Shown here: positions 8,639 to 17,475 of the stretch, one piece after another | Layout: each line of letters opens with the position of its first letter | Numbering within the stretch: position 1 is the first letter of the stretch | Source of the DNA: Escherichia phage PHB12 | DNA length: 64,000 nt | Sequence record: MK524178.1 | Reading direction: 5' to 3' (one strand) | Translations under genes and position numbers: made by a program | Notes under the pieces: generated by a model | Database searches by the model: none | What the model was told of the DNA's origin: nothing | Seen by the model: only the letters and a program-made list of their open reading frames with translations

Positions 8639-9385
8639 TTAACCTTTAATCAGTTGGAATAATGATGCGCTAAGTGGTAAGCCACGTTTCAATTTTAATT
8701 TACCAATGAAACCGATCTTTTCAAAACGTTGCAGACCTTGGATAACTTTATCATATGTATCGAAAAGCGATTCAGCGTCAGTTAATTTAGTTTTAGTTTT
8801 CCAGTCAGAGCCTTTAAGAAGAACGTTGAGTTTAGTAAGTTCATGGCCTTCTGCTTGATGTGAGCCATTAATGCGTGCTTTCAAAGCAACAATTCTAAGT
8901 TTAGATTCGTTAGATAAAGGTTGATTTTTCATCATGTTCGCCATATGCTTAACACGATTTTCACGTTTTGCTCGGATTTTTAAAATAGTACCATAAACCT
9001 TTTTAATTTGGGCCCATTTCTTCTCGTCGAGATTAAGTTTCTCTACTTTACGGACAGAAGGATTAGCGATACGTCTTGCAATGGCATCACGTTTTTCAAT
9101 AAGTTCTTCTAATGTTAAATCAGAACGAGCCGTGTTATATTTTTTCTTAACTGGGATAACATTACCTTTAATGTAGCCTATATCATTATTAAAACGTTCT
9201 AAGGATAATTTCTCACCTTCAACAGAGTTATTGAAAGATTCACCTGAGTAAGCGCAGACCTTTTGATCAAGAATGTTTTTAAGGTAATTAAAGTCTAAGT
9301 TAAAATCCTTAGAGCGTCTCTTCGCAGAAGCTCTGGTGTGGTCAAGACGACGATTAATTTTGTTAATTTTATTATTTGATAACAT
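8639..9385 (-). CDS. hypothetical basic protein with HNH-like motif
   Basis: 248 aa; CAYSGESF...LERFNNDIGYIKGNV resembles His-Me finger/HNH endonuclease signatures; lysine/arginine rich. Confidence 0.4.
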   Translation of the reverse strand: MLSNNKINKINRRLDHTRASAKRRSKDFNLDFNYLKNILDQKVCAYSGESFNNSVEGEKLSLERFNNDIGYIKGNVIPVKKKYNTARSDLTLEELIEKRDAIARRIANPSVRKVEKLNLDEKKWAQIKKVYGTILKIRAKRENRVKHMANMMKNQPLSNESKLRIVALKARINGSHQAEGHELTKLNVLLKGSDWKTKTKLTDAESLFDTYDKVIQGLQRFEKIGFIGKLKLKRGLPLSASLFQLIKG

Positions 9386-9435
9386 AATATTTTCCTCTGT
9401 CTTACGGACGTTAGGTCATTTAGCTGATAGGTCTT

Positions 9436-9464
9436 ATAATATCATGCCCTCAGGTAGTGTACAC
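9436..9464 (-). promoter_or_regulatory. early promoter-like (GTGTAC / TATTAT)
   Basis: gtGTACACtacctgagggcatgaTATTATaagacctatc upstream of 8639..9385. Confidence 0.4.
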
Positions 9465-9538
9465 TCTTTTTTCGTAAAATGCTTTAATTTTTTATGTGTT
9501 ATAATGGTTCTGAGTTCCATCCGGTTATTCCAATCTAG

Positions 9539-10147
9539 TCAGTAACCGACAATAGACAGATTCCAGATTGTATAACTTCCATCTTGAATAATAGAATCTA
9601 CACGCAGTGTAGTCCCTATAGGGAGCATAAATTCACATTCGTCAGATATAAGTCTAGCATTAGACCGTCTTGTCGCTTCAGGGAAAGCTCCATTGAACTC
9701 ACAAGATGGCGCAGCCAGAATCATATTAAGCATATGTTCACGGAAGTTGAAAGCAAATGGTGCATCTTTGACGCAGAACATATTAAATGTTCCATAAAAA
9801 TTATATGAAGCGAAGTTACGTGCTACACCGAACACTGGACTAAAGCTCATTACTCTGTCAAATTTAATAATACTACCAACGCCTTTATCGTCGAGTGTGG
9901 ACATAGTTTTCTTAGAGATTCCACGATACATTGTCTCAGGAACAGAAGACGACCAATTTCTACGAACAATTGCACTTAAATCTTGTTGGATGCTGTCTGG
10001 CTTGTTTTCCATACATTGCCACAGTACACTTTGTTCAATGTCACTGAATTGCTCATCGATTTTGTACTGAAGTTCATCCTGATAGTCTGGGCATTGAGCA
10101 CGTCGAACCATTTCTTCAATTTCACACTCGTTATACGGCATAAACAT
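9539..10147 (-). CDS. modA: ADP-ribosyltransferase, ModA/ModB-like
   Basis: 202 aa (T4 ModA about 200 aa); candidate R-S-E triad: YRG, FS, DECEF; position after dda as in T4. Confidence 0.5.
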   Translation of the reverse strand: MFMPYNECEIEEMVRRAQCPDYQDELQYKIDEQFSDIEQSVLWQCMENKPDSIQQDLSAIVRRNWSSSVPETMYRGISKKTMSTLDDKGVGSIIKFDRVMSFSPVFGVARNFASYNFYGTFNMFCVKDAPFAFNFREHMLNMILAAPSCEFNGAFPEATRRSNARLISDECEFMLPIGTTLRVDSIIQDGSYTIWNLSIVGY

Positions 10148-10175
10148 TTAGGTTTCTCCTGTGGTTGATAAAAGT

Positions 10176-10204
10176 ATAGTATCATCGTCGGTAGAGTTTG
10201 TACA
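10176..10204 (-). promoter_or_regulatory. early promoter-like (TGTACA / TACTAT)
   Basis: Upstream of modA-like start; a second GTTTAC/TATGAT element at about 10306-10334. Confidence 0.4.
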
Positions 10205-10494
10205 CTAAAAATTCAACATTTTCAAATGAATGTTTTTGTTAGGTATTCGCGTTCTTGAAGTTCAGATTGACATGTCATGATAGACCTCCATTTAAAGATA
10301 AGCCTATCATAACACGAGAGGAGGGAATGTAAACTACTTTTTAAGCTTTCCTACTAAAGGTCCATCAGGACCAGGTTGTTCTAACATGAATAAGGATGCT
10401 TTAAAAAGCAATGTCAACCCTTTCACCATTCGATACCATGTCTCAAAGTCTTTTTCCTTGATTTCTAGTAAGAATTTCTCTTTAAATTTCTCTT

Positions 10495-10683
10495 TCATTT
10501 CCAAGGACTCCATGGTGGAGGGTCGTCATAATAAGAGGCAAGGTCTTTCAAGGCTTCAACAGGTAAACTAAAGCCATGTCGTTGTATAATACTATCTAGT
10601 TCATCAACAAGTTCACTACGATGCACTTTAGGAGCCTCAACTTCAGGCTCATCAAACATACTCATCAAGTCCATATTATTCAC
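10495..10683 (-). CDS. hypothetical acidic protein
   Basis: 62-aa ORF. Confidence 0.35.
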   Translation of the reverse strand: MNNMDLMSMFDEPEVEAPKVHRSELVDELDSIIQRHGFSLPVEALKDLASYYDDPPPWSPWK

Positions 10684-11140
10684 CGAGATAAAAACTAGCA
10701 GGTTCAGAGAATGTTTCTAGTGCTACACCTTTTGTCTTAAAAAATTTCCAAATAGCTCGTTGCAAATGGATTAAATCTGCTAATGATGTAATAAAGTATT
10801 TTTTGGCAAAATACTTATGGTCTCGCTTTTCAAACAAGTCTAAACGCTTTTCAGGATTCACATAAACGGCATTTTCCGTAGATTCATAACCTAAGTCCTT
10901 TATGCCTTCTTCAAGACTAAATGGAGAATTTTTAGAACGAGTAATAGCTCCAACTCGCTCTACACGAATTTTGTAACCTTTAGGAATCTGCAATTTGCAG
11001 AATTCTTCTACGATATATTGCGGATTATTTAGACTTTTGTTAATGAGAATAGCTATTTCTAGTGGAGTCTTATCTTCTACTGGTATATGTTTAAATGACT
11101 TGGCTTCAAGCAAATACATTTTAAATAACATAGCATCCAT
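10676..11140 (-). CDS. hypothetical protein
   Basis: 154-aa ORF. Confidence 0.4.
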   Translation of the reverse strand: MDAMLFKMYLLEAKSFKHIPVEDKTPLEIAILINKSLNNPQYIVEEFCKLQIPKGYKIRVERVGAITRSKNSPFSLEEGIKDLGYESTENAVYVNPEKRLDLFEKRDHKYFAKKYFITSLADLIHLQRAIWKFFKTKGVALETFSEPASFYLGE

Positions 11141-11315
11141 TATAATTTCCTCGATGGTTCACCCATATAAAGTTTTACAATACGTTCGCCTTCATCTTCG
11201 ACGAGCTTCTCTTCATGTTTCTGGAGTTCTTTGACCATTTTCTCTTCAAAAACATCTAACCAATCTTCTGGTCCGACTCCATCATTCCAGCTTTTAAACC
11301 ATTTTACTATTCTGT

Positions 11316-11516
11316 TCATTCACAGCTCCCTGAGCTTGAACCACAATCAGAATAACTTGACCCAGAATCACCAGGCCAAGACGATACGTATGAATGATTA
11401 TAACTTGAAGAGCTTGAAACATTAACCTGTTTTGTTTTTGGACGAACAACTTCTTCCATCATTCCATCACCGATATATTCCCAACTTTTTTCATGTGTAT
11501 CAGGAATAGGCATCAT
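11316..11516 (-). CDS. small protein with serine-rich C-terminus
   Basis: Internal start MMPIPDTHEK...; C-terminus SSSSSYNHSYVSSWPGDSGSSYSDCGSSSGSCE. Confidence 0.3.
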   Translation of the reverse strand: MMPIPDTHEKSWEYIGDGMMEEVVRPKTKQVNVSSSSSYNHSYVSSWPGDSGSSYSDCGSSSGSCE

Positions 11517-11529
11517 ACCTTCGCCTGGA

Positions 11530-11759
11530 TTAACAGCAAACAACTTCTTCAGTATCGTAAGCATTAATTGTTCCTCGAACAAAACGAACACCACCGTCAT
11601 CCCAGCGGATTTCGGCATTAAATTTGACGTCTTCACCGTCCATCATGAATGAGTGTACGACTACATCATCATAATATCCAAGACCGTATTTCAACGAAAC
11701 TTCTTGAGCAATTAAAGCACCTAATGTGTTATTAGGTTTAATCCAACGATTTAACATAT
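11530..11759 (-). CDS. hypothetical protein
   Basis: Start moved to MLNRWIKPNN after GAGGAG, downstream of promoter. Confidence 0.35.
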
Positions 11760-11823
11760 TGTTCTCCTCTTGAGTAAGTAAGAATATCTTAACACAGTTT
11801 TTAGTGGTTGTAAACTGTAGAAA

Positions 11824-11853
11824 CAAAAAAAAAGGAATCCCGAAGGATTCCTT
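11824..11853 (-). terminator. strong rho-independent terminator after soc
   Basis: 9-bp stem AAGGAATCC/GGATTCCTT, loop UUCG, then nine U on minus strand. Confidence 0.7.
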
Positions 11854-11860
11854 AAATTAT

Positions 11861-12097
11861 TTAACCACTTACTGGTGTAGGGGTAAACATTGCAGCATTC
11901 TTAGTTTTCCAAGTTGCTGCATCAGAAACTACAGTAGAATATGCTGCCTTTTCTGATGGAAAGATTTGGTAATGAGAATCTGCAATCCGATGTTCGTTTG
12001 AATAAATCTCAAACGGTACAGAAACTTCCATACCTTTAACTTCTTTACCTTCACCGGCAGGATGCGTAAAGGTTTTGATGTTTACATAACCACCCAT
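11861..12097 (-). CDS. soc: small outer capsid protein Soc
   Basis: 78 aa; GYVNIKTF...HYQIFPSEKAAYSTV matches T4 Soc; UUCG terminator directly downstream. Confidence 0.8.
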   Translation of the reverse strand: MGGYVNIKTFTHPAGEGKEVKGMEVSVPFEIYSNEHRIADSHYQIFPSEKAAYSTVVSDAATWKTKNAAMFTPTPVSG

Positions 12098-12142
12098 AAT
12101 TAACTCCTTTGTTGTTTAATTACAGGTGTATTTATAACTTAA

Positions 12143-12664
12143 TCAGTAACCATTATCCTGGCGTTCAAAGTTGTGTTGGTTTTTCAAGTAGTAAAGTTTA
12201 AAGATTTCTTCAGCGGAAAGACCCAGACCTTGGAACATATTCAGAACGAAATGCAGAATATCAATCATCTCGAATTTAATTTCAAGCTGGTCTTCAGGAG
12301 ACAGTTCATCGATACGACGATTTCGATATTCAGCATGTTGAGCTTTCCAAGGCTTCCATACAGAGCTAGCGGCTTTTTCACCATTGCTCATACCACCAAG
12401 TGAAGTCAGCAGTTCACGGAATTCATCATCAATATAATCTTTTTGATTACGCAGCCAATCAACAACATCGCCAGCAGTGGCCAATTCATCAGGATGTTTG
12501 TTATGTTCAGGCTTGTCATTTGCCAGACGAACCTGTAAAGATTTCTGCATATCAAGCATTACCTGCAGAGGGTCTTTATCTTCGTGAATCAGAGCATTAA
12601 AATAAGCTTCTTCTGCTTTATCAACACCAGAAATAAGTTGTGAACATTCGTTAAAGTGTGCCAT
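12143..12664 (-). CDS. 56: dCTP pyrophosphatase (MazG-like)
   Basis: MAHFNEC...DPLQVMLDMQ...LEIKFE..IDILHFVLNMF...FKLYYLKN..NF.RQDNGY matches T4 gp56. Confidence 0.85.
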   Translation of the reverse strand: MAHFNECSQLISGVDKAEEAYFNALIHEDKDPLQVMLDMQKSLQVRLANDKPEHNKHPDELATAGDVVDWLRNQKDYIDDEFRELLTSLGGMSNGEKAASSVWKPWKAQHAEYRNRRIDELSPEDQLEIKFEMIDILHFVLNMFQGLGLSAEEIFKLYYLKNQHNFERQDNGY

Positions 12665-12754
12665 TATTTTTCCTTTCAATTCAGTATAAGAGAAGTTAAT
12701 TCTAACATTAATTTTATAAAGCGTAATAAATAATAAGGTAACTAAGGAGATATT

Positions 12755-12952
12755 ATGTTTAAACTTCCATCGTTAATCAACGCTATTAAAGGCAATAAAA
12801 AGAAAACTGCTATCGCTGCAATAGTTGTAGGTGGCATTATTTCATGGAACTTCGGGATTGCACCATTGTTAGTTGCTAATGGTATTATAGTTCCTTCTGT
12901 TCCATTGGATACTGTAGTTGATTTGGCCTTTGCTATTATAGGGCTTGTTTAA
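12755..12952 (+). CDS. small hydrophobic membrane protein on plus strand
   Basis: 65 aa; RBS AAGGAG 6 nt before ATG; two hydrophobic helices; convergent with gene 61. Confidence 0.35.
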   Translation: MFKLPSLINAIKGNKKKTAIAAIVVGGIISWNFGIAPLLVANGIIVPSVPLDTVVDLAFAIIGLV

Positions 12953-13971
12953 ATCTTAGAATAACGAGATAATCTCATTTTAGCATGCAACCCACTTGAA
13001 ATATTCTGTTTCATATATTCTAAAATTTCTTGTGGTGTTGCATTTTCTTTCATTACCATATCATTCACATCCTTTGATCTCCATGGAGCTCGGTCCCAGA
13101 ACATAACACGTTCGCCTGCATCAACTAATCGCTTCATGCGAGCTATAGTATCCGGATGCCTAGGTTCATTATCCATTACCCATACCCGACGTTCTTTAAA
13201 TGGTGCCACATCTAAATCTATTGAGCCGCCTGTAATAGCGATTGCATTGGGTATGAATAAACTATCAATAGGGCCTTCCATTACCCAGACGTCTCCTTCC
13301 TTAACACGTTCAACACCATAAATTTTTGTTGCAGACTCAAACGCTTTAATAGTGATATATTTCTGAGGAGCATCTTTACGAAGTGCACGTCCTTGGAATG
13401 ACTCGGCCTTCCCGTCTTTATTAAAAATAGGAATCACTAAACGTGGTTCGGGAATCTCTTTCTTATACGTACCAGGTTGAATCTTGTTGACCAATTTAGG
13501 CCATTCTAATGTGAACCATAATCTGTTCCATGATTCTTTAGGAATGCATCGAGACTTAACATATTTCACAATAGGATGCTCTTCAGGCAGCTTGTCCAGA
13601 CGAGAACAAGACGGCAAAGAATTTATAGTCTTTTTCTCTGGCTCCGGCTTAGCTTCAGGAACCTTTTCAATCTTTGGTTCCATTCTAGCTTTTTCTTTAC
13701 GAACTTCCATTAGATACTCGCGATAAAGCTCTTCATCATACTCTTTTAAGTATCCGGAAATTGTATTGTGGTATTGACAATTATAGCAATGTACATTACC
13801 AGGAGTACCACCATAATACCATCCGCGGGCTTTCATTGCATCTGTCTGAGAGTCACCACAAACTGGACATCGAAATGTTAATTTAAACGTGCTTGAATTA
13901 TTGATTTGTCTAAAACGAGGTAGGTGAGAAAACGCACGATAAGCAAATTCATTATCTATCCATTCAGCCAT
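12949..13971 (-). CDS. 61: DNA primase
   Basis: 340 aa; zinc motif CPVCGDS...CYNC; strong match to T4 gp61 N- and C-termini. Confidence 0.9.
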   Translation of the reverse strand: MAEWIDNEFAYRAFSHLPRFRQINNSSTFKLTFRCPVCGDSQTDAMKARGWYYGGTPGNVHCYNCQYHNTISGYLKEYDEELYREYLMEVRKEKARMEPKIEKVPEAKPEPEKKTINSLPSCSRLDKLPEEHPIVKYVKSRCIPKESWNRLWFTLEWPKLVNKIQPGTYKKEIPEPRLVIPIFNKDGKAESFQGRALRKDAPQKYITIKAFESATKIYGVERVKEGDVWVMEGPIDSLFIPNAIAITGGSIDLDVAPFKERRVWVMDNEPRHPDTIARMKRLVDAGERVMFWDRAPWRSKDVNDMVMKENATPQEILEYMKQNISSGLHAKMRLSRYSKI

Positions 13972-14010
13972 AGTATTCTCCAGAGGCCTTAAATTAATAA
14001 GGCCATCATA

Positions 14011-14505
14011 TCACAACTTATTAATATTTACTTTAATTCGCTTTCTTTTCTTGGAAGGAATTTGTTCTGGACCTTTATTTACGACTGCACCTGTAGTTGT
14101 TCCTGATGCAATAGCTTGAGGACTACCGCCTGAATCACCAGCAACCATATCCTCAAATAAAGGGAGTTCTTTAAATATTTCTTTCTGTTGTTCTTCCGTA
14201 ATGTTATAGCGTGAAGCTACAGCACTCCAGGCAGACATCATTGAGGCCATTCCATTAAGACCTGGAACAGTGCTCATCATTCGCTTCATTGAACGAACTG
14301 AAGCATGAAAAGGTGTATACGCCGCTTTCTCTTCGGGAGTAGAAGGACGTTTAAGAACACTTCCACGTTCATCGATGATTTTGGCTTCGTATGCTTTCCA
14401 TTCGGTAAAAGGTTTTTGCATTAGTCGAATAAACTTATATGCATAAACAGAATCTATTGCAGTGTTAATAATACCCATAGGTACCTCCTGAGTATATTTA
14501 ATCAA
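14011..14505 (-). CDS. hypothetical protein (61.1 position)
   Basis: 164-aa ORF. Confidence 0.4.
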   Translation of the reverse strand: MIKYTQEVPMGIINTAIDSVYAYKFIRLMQKPFTEWKAYEAKIIDERGSVLKRPSTPEEKAAYTPFHASVRSMKRMMSTVPGLNGMASMMSAWSAVASRYNITEEQQKEIFKELPLFEDMVAGDSGGSPQAIASGTTTGAVVNKGPEQIPSKKRKRIKVNINKL

Positions 14506-14695
14506 TTACAAAGATTGCTTTGTCACCATTTATATCTGTGACTTCATATGTAGTGCCTTCATACTGTGGAATATTCCAAATTACACCGTCATTGGCTTTT
14601 ACGCTAATATGGTATTGGTGTTTTGAAACAACTTCATAATCTTCAAAACTTGTAAAAACACTAATTTTGGAACCAGTGCAAATTGCAGTAGTCAT
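14498..14695 (-). CDS. hypothetical protein
   Basis: 65-aa ORF, overlapping neighbours. Confidence 0.3.
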   Translation of the reverse strand: MTTAICTGSKISVFTSFEDYEVVSKHQYHISVKANDGVIWNIPQYEGTTYEVTDINGDKAIFVID

Positions 14696-14696
14696 T

Positions 14697-15356
14697 TTAA
14701 CCTCGATTCATAAATGCATTAAATATTTGGTCATCAACAGAAATTTCTAATTCGACTTCAATTGTTTCAGCCTTTTCTTCAGGTGGTAATTCGTATCCAC
14801 ACACTACAATTTTTTCATCGATATCAAAATATACAGAAGCAATACGATTAATGTTATTTTCGGTTAAGTCTAAATCAACATCAACGTCTTTTTGACCTAC
14901 ACTTAAAGGATAACTAATACGGGTTATTTTATTATCTTTAACAAAGAGTCCACCGACATACTCTGTACTACGTTTGAAGTTTACACGTTTCCGAAATGAA
15001 AGATATGATGCATCTTTACCGTGAGCTCGGCTCATAGGACATAATGAATAGCTAGAATAAGAGATGTCAAATCCTACACCTTCAATATGAGCCAACGCGT
15101 CATGATTAAACCAATTATAATCATATGCCAAATCCATTATATTGTAATATGTGAAAGGCACCGGATTAACATCGTACGTTGTACCTTTAAAATCTGCCCA
15201 GGCAACGATTTCGTTATCTTTAACAATTACAAAAATTACACCAATATGGTATCCGTTATTATTTTCATTCGGCGTTATATTATAACATTGTGCATTAGGA
15301 AATTTACCATATTTAAACGGCGCATTTTTGTGCATATAATAAATCATATTATTCAC
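14697..15356 (-). CDS. hypothetical protein (61.2 position)
   Basis: 219-aa ORF. Confidence 0.45.
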   Translation of the reverse strand: MNNMIYYMHKNAPFKYGKFPNAQCYNITPNENNNGYHIGVIFVIVKDNEIVAWADFKGTTYDVNPVPFTYYNIMDLAYDYNWFNHDALAHIEGVGFDISYSSYSLCPMSRAHGKDASYLSFRKRVNFKRSTEYVGGLFVKDNKITRISYPLSVGQKDVDVDLDLTENNINRIASVYFDIDEKIVVCGYELPPEEKAETIEVELEISVDDQIFNAFMNRG

Positions 15357-15642
15357 CTGTGATTTCGGTTACGATATCTTTGTTATCGAAATTAGGGTCA
15401 CAATACAAAACATAATTGTACTGCATGATACCACCAGACTTAAGTTGTTCAACAACTTTATTAACCATATTAGGACGGTCTCGTTTAGTGATGTTCATGA
15501 TATCAGAGAAGATTTGTTGTTCAACATCTTCTTGATTTGCAGTCATTGACCACTCACAGAGGTCTTTATCATAACCTGCCGTAACTGGAGCTGGTGCACA
15601 TGATACTGCAAGTAAGATTGCTGCCAATGATAACTTTTTCAT
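15349..15642 (-). CDS. sp: spackle periplasmic protein
   Basis: 97 aa with signal peptide; GYDKDLCEWSMTA...SGG.MQYNYVLYCD matches T4 Sp. Confidence 0.75.
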   Translation of the reverse strand: MKKLSLAAILLAVSCAPAPVTAGYDKDLCEWSMTANQEDVEQQIFSDIMNITKRDRPNMVNKVVEQLKSGGIMQYNYVLYCDPNFDNKDIVTEITGE

Positions 15643-15705
15643 TTTAACTCCTTAGTTGATTTGATAGGACTACTATACTATAGTCCATCTATAATGTAAA
15701 CAAGT

Positions 15706-15954
15706 TTATTCTTTTTCGCGAATAATAATTACTTGTTGAGGCTGCTGAGCAGATTTCTTTTCGGCAACGATAGACCAAATTAAAGTTCCAATCCAACCAA
15801 TCATCGTCCAGTTAAAGAGTAAAGATACAAAGAAGATTGCTGTTGTGCTTTTTGTGCCACGAATAAGTGCGATTACCCAAGGCAACATGTAAATGATGAT
15901 TGAACCAATACCTGCGATTAAAACTGCTACTGAACTAGCTACGAATAATTCCAT
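15706..15954 (-). CDS. small inner-membrane protein, Imm-like
   Basis: 82 aa, two TM helices, motif PWVIALIRG similar to superinfection-immunity family. Confidence 0.45.
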   Translation of the reverse strand: MELFVASSVAVLIAGIGSIIIYMLPWVIALIRGTKSTTAIFFVSLLFNWTMIGWIGTLIWSIVAEKKSAQQPQQVIIIREKE

Positions 15955-16015
15955 GTTAATTTCCTCTTGATTTGTTATGTTTATAATATCTTGTTTTAAC
16001 TTTGGTGTAAACCAA

Positions 16016-16384
16016 TTAATTAAATTTGTTTAAACGTTCAATACACTGGACGTAGTTATTCGCAATTTGTTTCTGGGTAGGCTCTTTACCAGTTGTTTCA
16101 ACATGGCGAATGAATGCGATTTCAGTAGCCTGTAGACAATGTTCTTTAACGCGTTGTTCTTTTGACAATGCTACAGTATCAGAATCACGATAACGTTGAG
16201 CATGAGCATCAGCTTGAATCATTCGATTGCCTACAGTAACCGGGTCTTCCACTTCAACTTTAGGTTGGTCGTACTGTTTAACATTCGGATTGTAAATCAG
16301 TTGGCCAACGTTATTAGGGATAAAGCCATGGGCACCACATCCAGTTAATCCAAATATCATTGTTAAAGCGATTAATTTTTTCAT
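16016..16384 (-). CDS. lipoprotein
   Basis: Signal peptide with lipobox LTGC (MKKLIALTMIFGLTGCGA). Confidence 0.5.
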   Translation of the reverse strand: MKKLIALTMIFGLTGCGAHGFIPNNVGQLIYNPNVKQYDQPKVEVEDPVTVGNRMIQADAHAQRYRDSDTVALSKEQRVKEHCLQATEIAFIRHVETTGKEPTQKQIANNYVQCIERLNKFN

Positions 16385-16454
16385 TTTAATTTCCTCTGTA
16401 GTTGATAAAAAGATAGTAACACAGTATGTGGTGCTTGTAAACAGTTATTTAAAA

Positions 16455-16643
16455 TTATCGAAAATCTGCTTCGAAAACTTTCTCGTCATTAACAAATGCT
16501 TTAACTAATGCGTTGTTCACTTCAGCAAGTTGTACCGCAACCCACTCGATTTCTTCGCGATCACCTGATAACATGATATCTTTAGTGAACATCTCACCGC
16601 TTTTAAACCAACCAATAAAAGTAACTTTAGTTAATTTGCTCAT
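16455..16643 (-). CDS. dmd: Dmd antitoxin (inhibitor of host RnlA/LsoA)
   Basis: MSKLTKVTFIGWFKSGEMFTKDI...AEVNNALVKAF.ND.KV.E.D.R matches T4 Dmd (about 60 aa). Confidence 0.75.
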   Translation of the reverse strand: MSKLTKVTFIGWFKSGEMFTKDIMLSGDREEIEWVAVQLAEVNNALVKAFVNDEKVFEADFR

Positions 16644-16957
16644 ATTTCCTCGCAAAATGCCCATTCAGCGTGATAAACTGTGGCGCCTTTAGTATTATTC
16701 ATTTGAACTACGTCTACCGGAGAAATTACTCGATAGAGACGTGGTTCACCTCCATAAGAGCGTGCTGCTCGTCCTGCATAAATCTTTGCTAAACCGATAT
16801 CTTCAGTAAAGAATACACGATCCAAGTTTTTCTTACGTCCAGTTTCAGACAGAACTCCTGTTTCCTCAGGAGGACAAAGCATGTTTTCGATGTTAGCTGA
16901 ACTACTTGAACCGTGATAAAAAATCTTAAATTCTGCTTTACAATCGATGGTTTTCAT
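16640..16957 (-). CDS. hypothetical protein
   Basis: 105 aa; stop overlaps dmd start (ATGA); promoter within RBS-sequestering inverted repeat upstream. Confidence 0.45.
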   Translation of the reverse strand: MKTIDCKAEFKIFYHGSSSSANIENMLCPPEETGVLSETGRKKNLDRVFFTEDIGLAKIYAGRAARSYGGEPRLYRVISPVDVVQMNNTKGATVYHAEWAFCEEI

Positions 16958-16983
16958 TTTGTTCTCCAGTAGTTGATAGGTCT

Positions 16984-17012
16984 ATAATAACACAACTACT
17001 GGAGAAGTAAAC
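16984..17012 (-). promoter_or_regulatory. early promoter (GTTTAC / TATTAT) nested in 12-bp inverted repeat
   Basis: Arms ctccagtagttg (16964-16975) and caactactggag (16993-17004); downstream arm contains the RBS. Confidence 0.55.
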
Positions 17013-17387
17013 TTAAAAATGTAATTTAGATATATCTGCGTTGATTTCGTTTTGGTTTGCGTCATATGCAATTAAACGAACCGCTTTAGATGGGTCATTC
17101 AATGCATAGAAATGATGGAACATTGCTCGAACGATATCACCATTTACGAGTTTTACCTGGATAGGAGAACCTTTTTCGAGTTGGAAATGTTCATAAGCTT
17201 TGATGGTTCGCAGATAATCAAGTTTTTGATTTCCGGCTCCAACAATTTGTACGATACGTTTGCCCATGTTTTCCATACGAGATACAATAGTTTTAGGAGC
17301 AAGAATAACATAGGTTGCCAGCGGAGAATCTACTTCAACAGTTGTGTTTTCGGTGATTGCAGTAAAAATTGCTTGAGACATATTCAT
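17013..17387 (-). CDS. hypothetical protein
   Basis: 124-aa ORF with promoter at about 17417-17446. Confidence 0.45.
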   Translation of the reverse strand: MNMSQAIFTAITENTTVEVDSPLATYVILAPKTIVSRMENMGKRIVQIVGAGNQKLDYLRTIKAYEHFQLEKGSPIQVKLVNGDIVRAMFHHFYALNDPSKAVRLIAYDANQNEINADISKLHF

Positions 17388-17416
17388 AGTGTTTTCCTCT
17401 TGGTTGGTGTAAGTAC

Positions 17417-17446
17417 ATCATATCATGCCTAGAGGAAGATGTAAAC
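17417..17446 (-). promoter_or_regulatory. early promoter-like (GTTTAC / TATGAT)
   Basis: gGTTTACatcttcctctaggcatgaTATGAT upstream of 17013..17387. Confidence 0.45.
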
Positions 17447-17452
17447 CCCGAA

Positions 17453-17475
17453 AGGAGACCGAAGTCTCCTTTTTA
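17453..17475. terminator. hairpin after gene 41 (orientation ambiguous)
   Basis: AGGAGAC-cgaa-GTCTCCT followed by TTTTT on plus; on minus followed by UUUCGGGG. Confidence 0.4.

Noticed and set aside
16640-16957. Mini ADP-ribosyltransferase-like motifs (YHGS ... Y ... E) in the 105-aa protein
   Set aside because: Too short and the motif spacing does not fit any ART family I can recall; left as hypothetical.
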